Source: an uncultured Actinomycetota bacterium
GTDB lineage: Bacteria; Actinomycetota; Actinomycetes; Actinomycetales; Dermatophilaceae
NCBI GenBank assembly: GCA_963750305.1
Contig: CAVVPX010000002.1
Span: 616,845 to 680,844 of the forward strand
Length of the DNA stretch: 64,000 bases
Direction of reading: 5' to 3'
This document shows positions 9,296 through 18,389 of the stretch, one piece after another. The stretch's first letter is position 1, and every line of letters begins with the position of its first letter. Under the pieces are notes generated by a model. That model was not told where the DNA came from. It was given only the letters and a program-made list of their open reading frames with translations, and searched no databases. A program made the position numbers and the translations under genes.

Positions 9296-9842
9296 GGACC
9301 TGACCGCGCTGGCCGAGGACTGTGCCCAGGAGGCGCAGGCCTTCCTCGACACCATCACCGAGGTGGCCTCCGGATCCGCGCCGGACGCAGCGATCCCGAT
9401 GTCCCTGCTCGCGGTGTCCCAGGTCCTGCTCATGGGTGCCCGGCTCGGCGCGATCCAGGACATCGTGCTGGAAGACCAGTTCGAGGCCGACCCCGGCCCC
9501 GAGCCCGAGGTGGACCCGCTGCTCTCCGGGCTGGCCAACCTGTTCGAGGGCGTGGACGACTACGCCCACCTGGTCGACCCGCTCGTCGACCTGGAACTCG
9601 TCCGCGGCGCGCTGTCCAACGACCTCGTCGAGATCGCCTCGGCGCTCTCGCACGGGTTGCGGCACCACCACGCCGGTCGGTTGAGCGAGGCTCTGTGGTG
9701 GTGGCAGTTCAGCTATCTGTCCGACTGGGGCGACTGCGGGTCACGAGCGCTGCGGGTGCTCCAGTCCCTGCTGAGCCACGTCCGCCTGGACGCCGACGAG
9801 GAGATCGTCTCCGAGGCCGAGTTCGACGCGCTCCACCCCTGA
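9288..9842 (+). CDS. DUF5063 domain protein
   Basis: ATG overlaps the recR stop (ATGCCTGA). Acidic helical protein that, from memory, regularly follows recR in Actinobacteria. Confidence 0.7.
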   Translation: MPEDLTALAEDCAQEAQAFLDTITEVASGSAPDAAIPMSLLAVSQVLLMGARLGAIQDIVLEDQFEADPGPEPEVDPLLSGLANLFEGVDDYAHLVDPLVDLELVRGALSNDLVEIASALSHGLRHHHAGRLSEALWWWQFSYLSDWGDCGSRALRVLQSLLSHVRLDADEEIVSEAEFDALHP

Positions 9843-9850
9843 GGTCCGGC

Positions 9851-10912
9851 TCAGGCGATCCTGGTGCCGTTGGGCAGCCGGCGCACCGGTGTGCGCAGCC
9901 GCGCCCGTGCGACCGCCATCGCGCCCACGCCCACCAGGACGAGGAAGCTCAGGCCATAGGGCCAGACCGGTCCGGCGATGTCGGCGGGCCGCTCCTGGGC
10001 CGGGTCCCCCTGGGCGGTGTTCGGGTCGACGTAGCACTCGTCGCGCACGCTGCCGTCGTCCCCGGCCCGCGCCGACCGGACGCCGATGCTGATGTACCGC
10101 ATCGGCGTGGGCCCGGCGTACCCCTGGCGGGTGTCGACCTCGGTCGGCGCCGCGTCGGCCACGACGACGAACGGGTTGACCGCCAGCAGCCACCAGATGC
10201 GTTCGGTGTGGTTGACGGTCTGGGTGCGGGTGTACATGACGCAGTCGGCGACCGTCGGCTCGCGGGGCTGGTCGATGTAGAACGACTCCGGGATCCCGCG
10301 CACCTGGACCTCCTCCGTGGTGTCGACCAGGAAGTAGGAGAGCCCGAACACGATGAGGGTGCCGAAGACCAGGGTCGAGGTGGCGAGATAGGTCAGCACG
10401 GCCGAGGCCACCGGCCGAGCCGCCAGCGTGGAGAACATCAGCCCGAGCGCGCAGACCACCGACAGGACGAGGACGAGCACCAGCATCGAGAGCAGGATCC
10501 GTCCGAAGGAGATCCCGCCCACCGCCCATGCCCACACCAGGAACGGCAGTGCCGTCACGAGGAACGCGGTGGCGATCCCGACCGAGGCGACCAGCTTGCC
10601 GAGCGCGATGTCACCGGCGGTGAGCAGCGTGGTCTGCAGGGTGGCCAGCACGCCGTGCTCGCGGTCGCCGTTGACCGAGGTGGCGGTCAGGCTGGGCATG
10701 ATCAGCATGCCCAGCCCGAGCACGATGAACATGACGATGTCGTACTGCGCGGGGCCGGACCCGATGTCGGGGTCGTTGACCGTCTGGTGGGTCAGCACGC
10801 TGACACCGGCGATGACCAGGAACCAGACACCCAGCACGATCGGCCAGCGCGAGCTGCGGGTGCGCTGCTGGAGCTCGAGACGGGCGACCGTGCGGACGCC
10901 GGAGCCGGTCAC
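9851..10912 (-). CDS. ABC-2 type transporter permease
   Basis: 6 TM segments with a large extracytoplasmic loop. 4-nt ATGA overlap with the upstream ATPase gene. Confidence 0.75.
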   Translation of the reverse strand: MTGSGVRTVARLELQQRTRSSRWPIVLGVWFLVIAGVSVLTHQTVNDPDIGSGPAQYDIVMFIVLGLGMLIMPSLTATSVNGDREHGVLATLQTTLLTAGDIALGKLVASVGIATAFLVTALPFLVWAWAVGGISFGRILLSMLVLVLVLSVVCALGLMFSTLAARPVASAVLTYLATSTLVFGTLIVFGLSYFLVDTTEEVQVRGIPESFYIDQPREPTVADCVMYTRTQTVNHTERIWWLLAVNPFVVVADAAPTEVDTRQGYAGPTPMRYISIGVRSARAGDDGSVRDECYVDPNTAQGDPAQERPADIAGPVWPYGLSFLVLVGVGAMAVARARLRTPVRRLPNGTRIA

Positions 10913-11868
10913 TGGCGGTCCTCCGTCGCGGCGAGGTACGCCGTCTCCAAGGACCCCTGGGACGGGGTGAAGGCCGTGATCCGGACGCTCGCGCCGACCA
11001 GGTCGGTCAGCAGCCGGGCGGCCTGCTCCTCGCCGCCGACCTCGACCTCGGCGCCGCCCGCGAGCGGCCAGCTCGGCACGCCCACGCGGGTGAGGAACTC
11101 CTGCAGCGCTGCGGGGTCCAAGGTGGTGATCCGCCAGCGGGCCAGCGCGGTCGCCACCCCCTCGACGGCCTGGGTCTGGATGCTGCGTCCGCGGGCGACG
11201 ATCACGGCGCGGTCGGCGATCTCCTGCAGCTCGGTGAGGATGTGGCTGGACACCAGCACGGTCTTGCCCTGCCCGGCCAGCGCCCGCAACAGGTCACGCA
11301 GCTCGATCCGGCTGCGGGGGTCCAGACCGGAGGCCGGCTCGTCGAGCAGCAGCACGCTCGGGTCGTTGACGAGGGCGCGGGCCAGGCCCAGACGCTGCTT
11401 CTGCCCCCGCGAGAGCACGCGGGCCCGCCGGTCGGCGAGGTCATCCAGGTGGACGGCCCGGAGGAGCTCGGCGACGCGAGGCACGGCCTCGGCAGTGGGG
11501 ATGCGGTACGCCGCCGCGATGGTCAGCAGCACCTCGCGCACGGTCAGGGCGTCCCACGTCCCGAAGCCGTCGGGCATCCAGCCGATCCGCGCGCGGACCG
11601 CGGCCGCGTCGGTCACCGGGTCCAACCCGTCGATCGAGATGGTGCCCTGGTCGGGCACGAGCAAGGTCGAGAGCATGAGCAGCAGGGTGGTCTTGCCCGA
11701 CCCGTTCGGGCCGATCAGCGCGGTCACCTCGCCGGGGCGGGCCACCAGGCTGATGTCGTCGACGGCCACCACCGAGCCGAAGCTGCGTCGGACGTGGTCG
11801 ACGACCAGGCCCGCGTTCGCCTGGGCCACCCCTCCGGCTCCCCCCGGCTGCTCCGTTGCGGTCTCCAC
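10909..11868 (-). CDS. ABC transporter ATP-binding protein
   Basis: Walker A GPNGSGKTT, signature LSRGQKQRL, Walker B LLLDEPASGLD. Confidence 0.9.
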   Translation of the reverse strand: METATEQPGGAGGVAQANAGLVVDHVRRSFGSVVAVDDISLVARPGEVTALIGPNGSGKTTLLLMLSTLLVPDQGTISIDGLDPVTDAAAVRARIGWMPDGFGTWDALTVREVLLTIAAAYRIPTAEAVPRVAELLRAVHLDDLADRRARVLSRGQKQRLGLARALVNDPSVLLLDEPASGLDPRSRIELRDLLRALAGQGKTVLVSSHILTELQEIADRAVIVARGRSIQTQAVEGVATALARWRITTLDPAALQEFLTRVGVPSWPLAGGAEVEVGGEEQAARLLTDLVGASVRITAFTPSQGSLETAYLAATEDRQ

Positions 11869-11998
11869 ATGCGGAGCCTACGGGGTGGGGTAGGGCCAGG
11901 TCTTACGATACGGCCAGACCGAGGGGGCACCGAGGGCGTCTATATGCTGGCACCTGCGCAGCATCCCCACTTGCCTCGTCCTCCACCGGAGTAGTGCG

Positions 11999-13282
11999 TT
12001 GAGCCTGGTTGTCCAGAAGTACGGCGGGTCCTCCCTGGCCGACGCCGAGAGCATCAAGCGGGTGGCCGGACGGATCGTGGAGACCCGCAAGGCGGGCAAC
12101 GACGTCTGCGTGGTCGTCTCGGCGATGGGTGACACCACCGACGAGCTGCTCGACCTCGCCCAGCAGGTCAGTCCGCTGCCGCCCGCGCGAGAGCTCGACA
12201 TGCTGCTCACGGCGGGTGAGCGGATGTCGATGGCCCTGGTGGCCATGGCGATCGCCAACCTGGGACACACCGCGCGCTCGTTCACCGGCTCACAGGCCGG
12301 CGTGATCACCGACTCGACGCACGGCAAGGCGCGGATCATCGACGTCACCCCGGGCCGGATCACCGACGCACTCGGTGCCGGTCACATCGTGATCGTCGCG
12401 GGGTTCCAGGGCGTCAGCCAGGACAGCAAGGAGATCACCACCCTCGGGCGCGGCGGCTCCGACACGACCGCCGTCGCGCTTGCCGCTGCGCTGCACGCCG
12501 ACGTGTGCGAGATCTACTCCGACGTCGACGGCGTGTTCACCGCCGACCCGCGCATCGTTCCCAGCGCCCGCAAGATCGAGCGACTCTCCAACGAGGAGAT
12601 GCTCGAGATGGCAGCCTGTGGCTCCAAGATCCTGCACCTGCGCTGCGTCGAGTACGCCCGCCGCTTCGACATGCCGATCCATGTCCGGTCCTCGTTCTCC
12701 TACCACGAGGGCACCTGGATCACCCCCACCAGCAACGCCAGCTCTGCCGAAGGAGACAGTGTGGAAGCCCCGATCATCGCCGGCGTCGCGCACGACCGCA
12801 GCGAGGCCAAGATCACCGTCGTCGGCGTCCCCGACCACCCGGGCAAGGCTGCCGAGATCTTCCAGGCGTGCGCCGCCGCGCAGGTGAACATCGACATGAT
12901 CGTCCAGAACGTCTCGGCGACCGCCACCGGGCTGACGGACATCTCCTTCACCCTGCCCAAGACCGACGGCGGGGCGGCGATGCAGTCGCTGAAGAACATC
13001 CAGGAGCACGTCGGGTTCGGCTCGATGCAGTACGACGACCAGATCGGCAAGCTCTCGCTGATCGGTGCGGGGATGCGGTCCCACCCCGGCGTCTCGGCCA
13101 CGTTCTTCCAGGCCCTCGCCGACACGGGGGTCAACATCGAGATGATCTCGACCTCGGAGATCCGGATCTCGGTGGTGACCCGCGCCGACCGCCTCGACGA
13201 GGCCGTCCGGGCCGTGCACACGGCGTTCGGTCTCGACTCCGACGAGGGTGGCGCCGTGGTCTACGGCGGCAGCGGGCGGTGA
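11999..13282 (+). CDS. lysC: Aspartate kinase (alpha subunit reading frame)
   Basis: [22 protein letters not shown]..., two C-terminal ACT domains. TTG start. Confidence 0.92.
   Translation: MSLVVQKYGGSSLADAESIKRVAGRIVETRKAGNDVCVVVSAMGDTTDELLDLAQQVSPLPPARELDMLLTAGERMSMALVAMAIANLGHTARSFTGSQAGVITDSTHGKARIIDVTPGRITDALGAGHIVIVAGFQGVSQDSKEITTLGRGGSDTTAVALAAALHADVCEIYSDVDGVFTADPRIVPSARKIERLSNEEMLEMAACGSKILHLRCVEYARRFDMPIHVRSSFSYHEGTWITPTSNASSAEGDSVEAPIIAGVAHDRSEAKITVVGVPDHPGKAAEIFQACAAAQVNIDMIVQNVSATATGLTDISFTLPKTDGGAAMQSLKNIQEHVGFGSMQYDDQIGKLSLIGAGMRSHPGVSATFFQALADTGVNIEMISTSEIRISVVTRADRLDEAVRAVHTAFGLDSDEGGAVVYGGSGR
12761..13282 (+). CDS. lysC: Aspartate kinase beta subunit (in-frame internal start)
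   Basis: GTG at 12761 is in frame and preceded by AAGGAGA, 4 nt upstream. The product [23 protein letters not shown] matches the known LysC-beta N-terminus of Corynebacterium and Mycobacterium. Confidence 0.55.
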   Translation: MEAPIIAGVAHDRSEAKITVVGVPDHPGKAAEIFQACAAAQVNIDMIVQNVSATATGLTDISFTLPKTDGGAAMQSLKNIQEHVGFGSMQYDDQIGKLSLIGAGMRSHPGVSATFFQALADTGVNIEMISTSEIRISVVTRADRLDEAVRAVHTAFGLDSDEGGAVVYGGSGR

Positions 13283-13316
13283 CCCTGCCGTGATCCGGTC
13301 AGTGCCGCGCGAGTCC

Positions 13317-14402
13317 ATGCCCCGACTGGGCGTGGTCGGTGCGACGGGCACTGTCGGAGACGTCCTGCTGCGGCTGTTGCCCCTGCGGGCCGACTGTTGG
13401 GGAGAGGTGCGACTGATCGCCACCGGACGGTCCCAGGGTCAGGTCCGACGGGTCATCGGCACCGACGTACCCGTGGTGCAGCTCAGCCGCGAGTCGCTCG
13501 CCGGCCTCGACGTCGTGGTGTTCCTGACCCCGCCGGACGTCGTCCGCGAGTGGGCGGCGACTGCGGTCGAGCTGGGGGCCGTGGTCGTCGACAACAGCGG
13601 CGCGCACCGCCGTGACCACTCGGTCGCACTGATCGCCCCGCAGGTCAACCCGGCCCACCTGCGCGACCGGCCGACCGGGATGGTGGCGACACCCAGCGCG
13701 ACGACGCTCACCCTGATCGACTCCCTCGGCGCGCTCCACGCCGGGTGGGAGCTCACCGACGTCGTGATCGCGACCTACCAGGCGGCCACGGGCACCGGGC
13801 GCGTCGGCGTCGAGCGCCTGCTCGACGAGGTCGAGGTCGTGGCGGCCAACCGCGGACTCGGTCGACTTGCGGGCGACGTGCGAGCCGTCGTCATGGACAA
13901 GCTCGGCGAGGACTCGCCGTTCCCAGCTCCCCTGGCCCTCAACGTGATTCCGTGGTCGGGGGTCGCAGAGGACGACGACGGGTGGACCAGCGAGGAGGTC
14001 GAGGTCCGTGAGGAGATCCGCCGGCTGCTGGGCCTGCCGGCCCTGAACGTCTCGGTCACGCTGGTCCAGGTCCCGGTGGTCGCGGCGCACTCCGCCGTCG
14101 TCCATGCCCGGTTCGCCCGCCCGGTCCCGGTCGCCGATGCCCGCCAGGCCCTGGTCGAGGCACCCTCGGTGGTGGTCATGGACGACGGTGAGCACGGCGA
14201 GATCCCCACCCCGGTCGACGCGGTCGGGTCCGACCCGGTCTTCGTCGGCCGGATGCGCCAGACCGTGGGCAACCCCCACGCCCTCGACTTCTTCGTCACC
14301 GGTGACAGCCTGCGCGCCGGATCTGCCCTCGCCGTGATCCGGGTGGCCGAGCTCATCGCGGCCGACCTCACGAACCACCGCCCCCCGCCGTCTTCCTCGT
14401 GA
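13317..14402 (+). CDS. asd: Aspartate-semialdehyde dehydrogenase-like protein lacking the catalytic Cys
   Basis: MPRLGVVGATGTVG Rossmann N-terminus, YQAATGTG and AAHS motifs. The canonical PNCTT block reads PSATT. Alternative GTG starts at 13290 and 13302. Confidence 0.75.
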   Translation: MPRLGVVGATGTVGDVLLRLLPLRADCWGEVRLIATGRSQGQVRRVIGTDVPVVQLSRESLAGLDVVVFLTPPDVVREWAATAVELGAVVVDNSGAHRRDHSVALIAPQVNPAHLRDRPTGMVATPSATTLTLIDSLGALHAGWELTDVVIATYQAATGTGRVGVERLLDEVEVVAANRGLGRLAGDVRAVVMDKLGEDSPFPAPLALNVIPWSGVAEDDDGWTSEEVEVREEIRRLLGLPALNVSVTLVQVPVVAAHSAVVHARFARPVPVADARQALVEAPSVVVMDDGEHGEIPTPVDAVGSDPVFVGRMRQTVGNPHALDFFVTGDSLRAGSALAVIRVAELIAADLTNHRPPPSSS

Positions 14403-14430
14403 ACGCCCACCCGCGTCCCTGAGGAGAGAC

Positions 14431-14970
14431 ATGAGCACCCGCCACGCCGTCGTGGACACCGCGATCGGACCGTTGACCGTGGTCCGAGACGACCACGGCC
14501 TGACCGGGATCTACTTCCCCGGCCACTGGACCCGCCCGGACGAGCTGGCCTGGGGCGACCGGGTCTCCGGCGGTGACGCCGATCTGCTCGACGCCGACCT
14601 GCTCGACGCCGATCTGCTCGACGCCGTCACGCAGGTGCACGAGTACCTCGCCGGTGCCCGCCGCGAATTCGACCTGACCCTCAACCCACACGGAACCGCG
14701 CGGGCCCGTCAGCTCTGGACGCTGCTCAGCCAGATCCCCTATGGCCGGACCACGACCTACGGGGCACTGGCAGCCGAGCTCGGTGGCGGCGTCAGCGCGC
14801 GTGCGGTCGGCGGTTTCGTCGGCCACAACCCGATCTCGATCGTGGTGCCGTGCCATCGCGTCGTCGGCGCGACGGGCAAGCTCACCGGGTACGCCGGCGG
14901 GTTGGAGCGCAAGGAGCACCTCCTCGCGCTGGAGGGCGCGGTGCCGGCCCCGACCCCCGCGCTGTTCTAG
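14431..14970 (+). CDS. ogt: Methylated-DNA--protein-cysteine methyltransferase
   Basis: Active site IVVPCHRVVGATGKLTGYAGG. Confidence 0.9.
   Translation: MSTRHAVVDTAIGPLTVVRDDHGLTGIYFPGHWTRPDELAWGDRVSGGDADLLDADLLDADLLDAVTQVHEYLAGARREFDLTLNPHGTARARQLWTLLSQIPYGRTTTYGALAAELGGGVSARAVGGFVGHNPISIVVPCHRVVGATGKLTGYAGGLERKEHLLALEGAVPAPTPALF
14575..14625 (+). repeat. In-frame 15-bp tandem repeat x3.4 inside ogt
   Basis: gacgccga(t/c)ctgctc repeated, encoding DADLL DADLL DADLL DA. Confidence 0.85.
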
Positions 14971-14972
14971 TC

Positions 14973-15512
14973 GTGGTGCCGCCCACCGCGCGGTCCACCT
15001 GGCCGGCGTCCAAGGAGCCGTTCGAGGCGGTGGTCACCCGGCACGGACCGATGGTGCTGCGCGTGGTGCGGGCGGTGCTCGGCCCGGACGAGGCCGACGA
15101 CGCCTGGTCGGAGACCTTCCTCGCCGCGATGCGCGCCTATCCCGACCTGCCTGCCGATGCGAACGTCGCGGCCTGGCTGGTCACCATCGGCCACCGCAAA
15201 GCGGTCGATGTGGTCCGCGCCGCCGCCCGACGGGCCGCACCGGTCCAGGACGTTCCGGATTCCGTTGCCCCGCAACGGGCCGATGCGCGAGACCTCGACC
15301 TCGCGTCGGCGGTCGCCGCGCTGCCGCCCAAGCAGCGGCAGGCCGTGGCCTACCACTATCTCGCCGGGCTCCCGTATGCCGAGATCGGACCCCTGCTCGG
15401 CAGCAGCGAGGCGGCCGCGCGCCGGTCCGCCGCCGACGGGATCGCCGCGCTCCGGCGCACCCATCCGGACCTCACCGCCGCCGACGGCGGACCGAAGGAG
15501 AACCTGCCATGA
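14973..15512 (+). CDS. ECF-type sigma-70 family RNA polymerase sigma factor
   Basis: Region 2 (DDAWSETFLAAMRAY..AAWLVTIGHRKAVD) and region 4 (LPPKQRQAVAYHYLAGLPYAEIGPLLGSSEAAARRS). GTG start lies 3 nt after the ogt stop. Confidence 0.8.
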   Translation: MVPPTARSTWPASKEPFEAVVTRHGPMVLRVVRAVLGPDEADDAWSETFLAAMRAYPDLPADANVAAWLVTIGHRKAVDVVRAAARRAAPVQDVPDSVAPQRADARDLDLASAVAALPPKQRQAVAYHYLAGLPYAEIGPLLGSSEAAARRSAADGIAALRRTHPDLTAADGGPKENLP

Positions 15513-16114
15513 CCCCCACCGACCTGACGACGGCATACCCCGTGCCTGAGGTCGACCTGGCCCGGCTGCAGACCCGCCTCGCGGGCGCGGCCGACGCCGA
15601 TGGACTGCTGGACGTCGGCTACCGCACGCTGGACACCCCGGTCGGCGCCCTCCTGTTGGCCGCCACCCCGGCAGGACTGGTGCGCGTCGCGTTCGCCGGC
15701 GAGGGCCACGACACCGTGCTGCAGACCCTGAGCGAGCAGATCAGCCCGCGGCTGCTGAACGCGCCTGCGCGCCTCGACGAGGTCGCCCGCCAGCTCGACG
15801 ACTACTTCGCCGGCCGCCGCCAGCGGTTCGACCTGCCGCTGGACTGGCAGCTCTCCCGCGGCTTCCGCCGCACCGTCCTGGGTCACCTCGCGACCGACAT
15901 CGGCTACGGCGCCACCGCCTCGTATGCCGTCCTGGCCAACCTCGCGGGGAGCCCGAACGCCGTGCGTGCGGTCGGGACCGCCTGCGCCACCAACCCGATC
16001 CCGGTCGTCGTCCCGTGTCATCGCGTGGTGCGCTCGGACGGCTCGATGGGTGGATACCGCGGGGGCCCGGATGCGAAGCGGGTGCTGCTCCACCTCGAGG
16101 GTCACGCGGCCTGA
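15509..16114 (+). CDS. Methylated-DNA--protein-cysteine methyltransferase paralog
   Basis: ATGA overlap with the sigma gene, SD GAAGGAG. Active site VVVPCHRVVRSDGSMGGYRGG. Confidence 0.85.
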   Translation: MTPTDLTTAYPVPEVDLARLQTRLAGAADADGLLDVGYRTLDTPVGALLLAATPAGLVRVAFAGEGHDTVLQTLSEQISPRLLNAPARLDEVARQLDDYFAGRRQRFDLPLDWQLSRGFRRTVLGHLATDIGYGATASYAVLANLAGSPNAVRAVGTACATNPIPVVVPCHRVVRSDGSMGGYRGGPDAKRVLLHLEGHAA

Positions 16115-16151
16115 CGTCTCAGCTGGCCAACGCGGCTCGTCGGGCGCCTAG

Positions 16152-16577
16152 CTAGCTGGACGGCGGACTCACGGGCTCGGGCTGCCACTCGCGCCGGAGC
16201 AGGCCGTACACCCAGGAGTCCGACACCTCGCCGCCCACGATGCAGTCCTCCCGCAGCGTCCCCTCGCGCTGGAACCCGAGCTTCTCCAGCACGCGGCCGC
16301 AGGGCAGGTTGCGGGTGTCGGCCTCGGCCTGCACCCGGTTCAGGTCGAGGGTGTCGTAGGCCCAGCCCAGCAGCGCGCGCCCGGCCTCCGTCGCGACGCC
16401 CTGCCCCCAGACCGCCTCGGCGAAGCAGAGGGTCAGGGTCGTGCTGCGGTACTCCGGGGTCCACCGCGACAGGGCGCACCAGCCGACGAACGCCCCGTCT
16501 GACGCCCGGTCGACGGCGAGGCGCAACCGGACACGGTCGGTGCGCATGGTCGGGGTCGGCAGCGGCATACGGGCCAT
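16152..16577 (-). CDS. GNAT family N-acetyltransferase (RimJ/RimL-like, short)
   Basis: WGQGVATEAGRALLGWAY...LNRVQAEADTRNLPCGRVLEKLGF. The N-terminal part is shorter than usual. Confidence 0.7.
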   Translation of the reverse strand: MARMPLPTPTMRTDRVRLRLAVDRASDGAFVGWCALSRWTPEYRSTTLTLCFAEAVWGQGVATEAGRALLGWAYDTLDLNRVQAEADTRNLPCGRVLEKLGFQREGTLREDCIVGGEVSDSWVYGLLRREWQPEPVSPPSS

Positions 16578-16677
16578 CGTGCCGCAGCGTCCGCATGGCA
16601 GGCGGGCGCACCTGGCGCGCGCGGCGACCTCATAGGGTGGTGCCGATCACTTTTCGACCCCTGCTGGAGGTACTCCC

Positions 16678-17908
16678 ATGACCGTTCGCACCGTGGCCAT
16701 GCTGACCGCAGGCGGGCTCGCCCCCTGCCTGTCCTCGGCCGTCGGCGGCCTGATCGAGCGGTACACCGAGATCGCCCCTGACGTGCGGATCATCGCCTAC
16801 CGCAACGGGTACGCCGGTCTGCTCACGGGCGACTCGGTCGAGGTCACCCCCGAGGTGCGCGAGAAGGCCGCGCTCCTGCACCGCTTCGGCGGCAGCCCCA
16901 TCGGCAACAGCCGGGTCAAGCTGACCAACGTCAAGGACTGCGTGAAGCGTGGCCTGGTCAAGGAGGGGCAGGACCCGCTGCACGTTGCGGCCGAGCAGCT
17001 CACCCAGGACGGCGTCGACGTGCTGCACACGATCGGCGGGGACGACACCAACACCACTGCGGCCGACCTCGCGGCCTACCTCGGGTCGAACGACTACCCG
17101 CTCACCGTGGTCGGGCTGCCCAAGACCATCGACAACGACGTGGTCCCGATCCGTCAGTCCCTCGGCGCATGGACCGCGGCCGAGCAGGGTGCGATCTTCG
17201 CTCGCAACGTGATCGCCGAGCACACGTCCAACCCCCGCATGCTCGTCGTGCACGAGGTCATGGGTCGCAACTGCGGCTGGCTCACTGCCGCCACCGCCAA
17301 GGCGCACCACGACTGGGTGACCTCGACGGAGTTCTCCGGTTGGCTCGACAACGACTCACGCACCTGGGACGTGCACGGCGTGTACGTCCCCGAGCAGCCG
17401 TTCGACATCGCCGCCGAGGCCGCGCGTCTCCGAGCGGTGATGGACGAGTTCGACAACGTGACCATCTTCCTGTCCGAGGGCGCCGGCCTGAACGAGGTCG
17501 TCGCCGAGCTGGAGGCCAGCGGTGCGGACGTCCCCCGCGACCCGTTCGGCCACGTGCAGCTCGACAAGGTGAACCCGGGGGCGTGGTTCGCCAAGCAGTT
17601 CGCCAAGCAGCTCGGTGCGGACAAGGTCCTGGTCCAGAAGTCCGGATACTTCTCGCGGTCGGCGGCGGCCAACGACGCCGACCTCGCGCTGATCCGCGAG
17701 TGCACCGACAAGGCCGTCGACTGTGCCCTCGAGGGCGTGTCGGGTGTGGTCGGACACGACGAGGAGCGCGGTGACGAGCTGCGGGCGATCGAGTTCCCGC
17801 GCATCAAGGGCGGCAAGGAGTTCGACCCCCTCCACCGCGTGGTTCGCCGAGCTGCTCGCGGACATCGGTCAGGCCCAGAGCAGCGAGGCCGGCGGGCCTA
17901 CAGCTTGA
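16678..17908 (+). CDS. pfp: Pyrophosphate/ATP-dependent 6-phosphofructokinase; needs a 1-nt frame correction at C-run 17826-17830 (ORF as read ends at 18021)
   Basis: MLTAGGLAPCLSS, GGDDTNTTA, GLPKTIDNDV motifs. The expected C-terminus STAWFAELLADIGQAQ is in the +1 frame after FDP. Confidence 0.8.
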
Positions 17909-18329
17909 GGAGGGACTCGCGCATGCCCTGCTCCGCCTCGTCGCCCAGCTTCTTCAGCGGGATCACCATCAGCGGCGAGAGCAGGCTGGCGATCCCCTTG
18001 AAGGTGAAGTCGGCCAGATAGGTGACGGTCGTCCGGTTCGCGTCGCCGGAGAAGGTCATCGTGTCGACGGCCGTCACGGTCTTGTTGACCCCGCGAAGCT
18101 GGAACTTCTGTTCGGGCACCAGGTCGGTCACCGTGTACTCCAGGTCGGACTCCTTGCCCAGGAAGCTGCTGGTGTTGCTGTACACCGTGCCGACCTCACC
18201 TCCACCGGAGGCGCGCGTGGTCCGGACGGTGCCGGGGTCCCACTCGGTCGTGTTCGTGAAGTCGGACAGATAGGCCCAGACCGCGCTCAGGGGTCGGTCC
18301 ACGGTCACGGTGCGTTCTACGCTCGGCAT
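17898..18329 (-). CDS. SRPBCC family protein (CoxG/polyketide cyclase-like)
   Basis: MPSVERTVTVDRPLSAVWAYLSDFTNTTEWDPG. GAGGAG SD before ATG 18329. Confidence 0.75.
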   Translation of the reverse strand: MPSVERTVTVDRPLSAVWAYLSDFTNTTEWDPGTVRTTRASGGGEVGTVYSNTSSFLGKESDLEYTVTDLVPEQKFQLRGVNKTVTAVDTMTFSGDANRTTVTYLADFTFKGIASLLSPLMVIPLKKLGDEAEQGMRESLLKL

Positions 18330-18389
18330 GCTGCTCCTCGGGGTTGATACCAGTGTCCCCCGCGATCGGCCGCGCGGCATCCCCGGCGG

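Noticed and set aside
6368-9538. 1056-aa ORF on the minus strand spanning the GT39 gene and running antisense through plsC and recR
   Set aside because: Only the C-terminal 490 codons (6368-7837) look like a membrane glycosyltransferase, and they have an SD-preceded GTG. The upstream part is Arg/Gly/Pro-rich low-complexity sequence antisense to two well-supported plus-strand genes, which is typical GC-bias read-through.
9695-11893. 732-aa plus-strand ORF covering the ABC transporter locus
   Set aside because: It is antisense to an ABC ATPase and permease with clear Walker and signature motifs. Its translation is Arg/Gly/Asp/His-rich with no recognisable domain.
11869-11998. Riboswitch or attenuator upstream of aspartate kinase
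   Set aside because: Only a short hairpin (ATGCTG..CAGCAT) and a TATATGCT -10-like box were seen. Nothing resembles an L-box or another known leader.
14741-15508. N-terminal extension of the 457-aa ORF overlapping ogt and the ECF sigma gene
   Set aside because: Arg-rich out-of-frame translation. The MGMT paralog has its own SD and ATG at 15509.
16630-17310. 226-aa minus-strand ORF opposite pfp, plus other ORFs of 150-220 aa antisense to pfp
   Set aside because: They are antisense to a gene with strong PFK motifs and have no motifs of their own. This is a GC3 mirror artefact.
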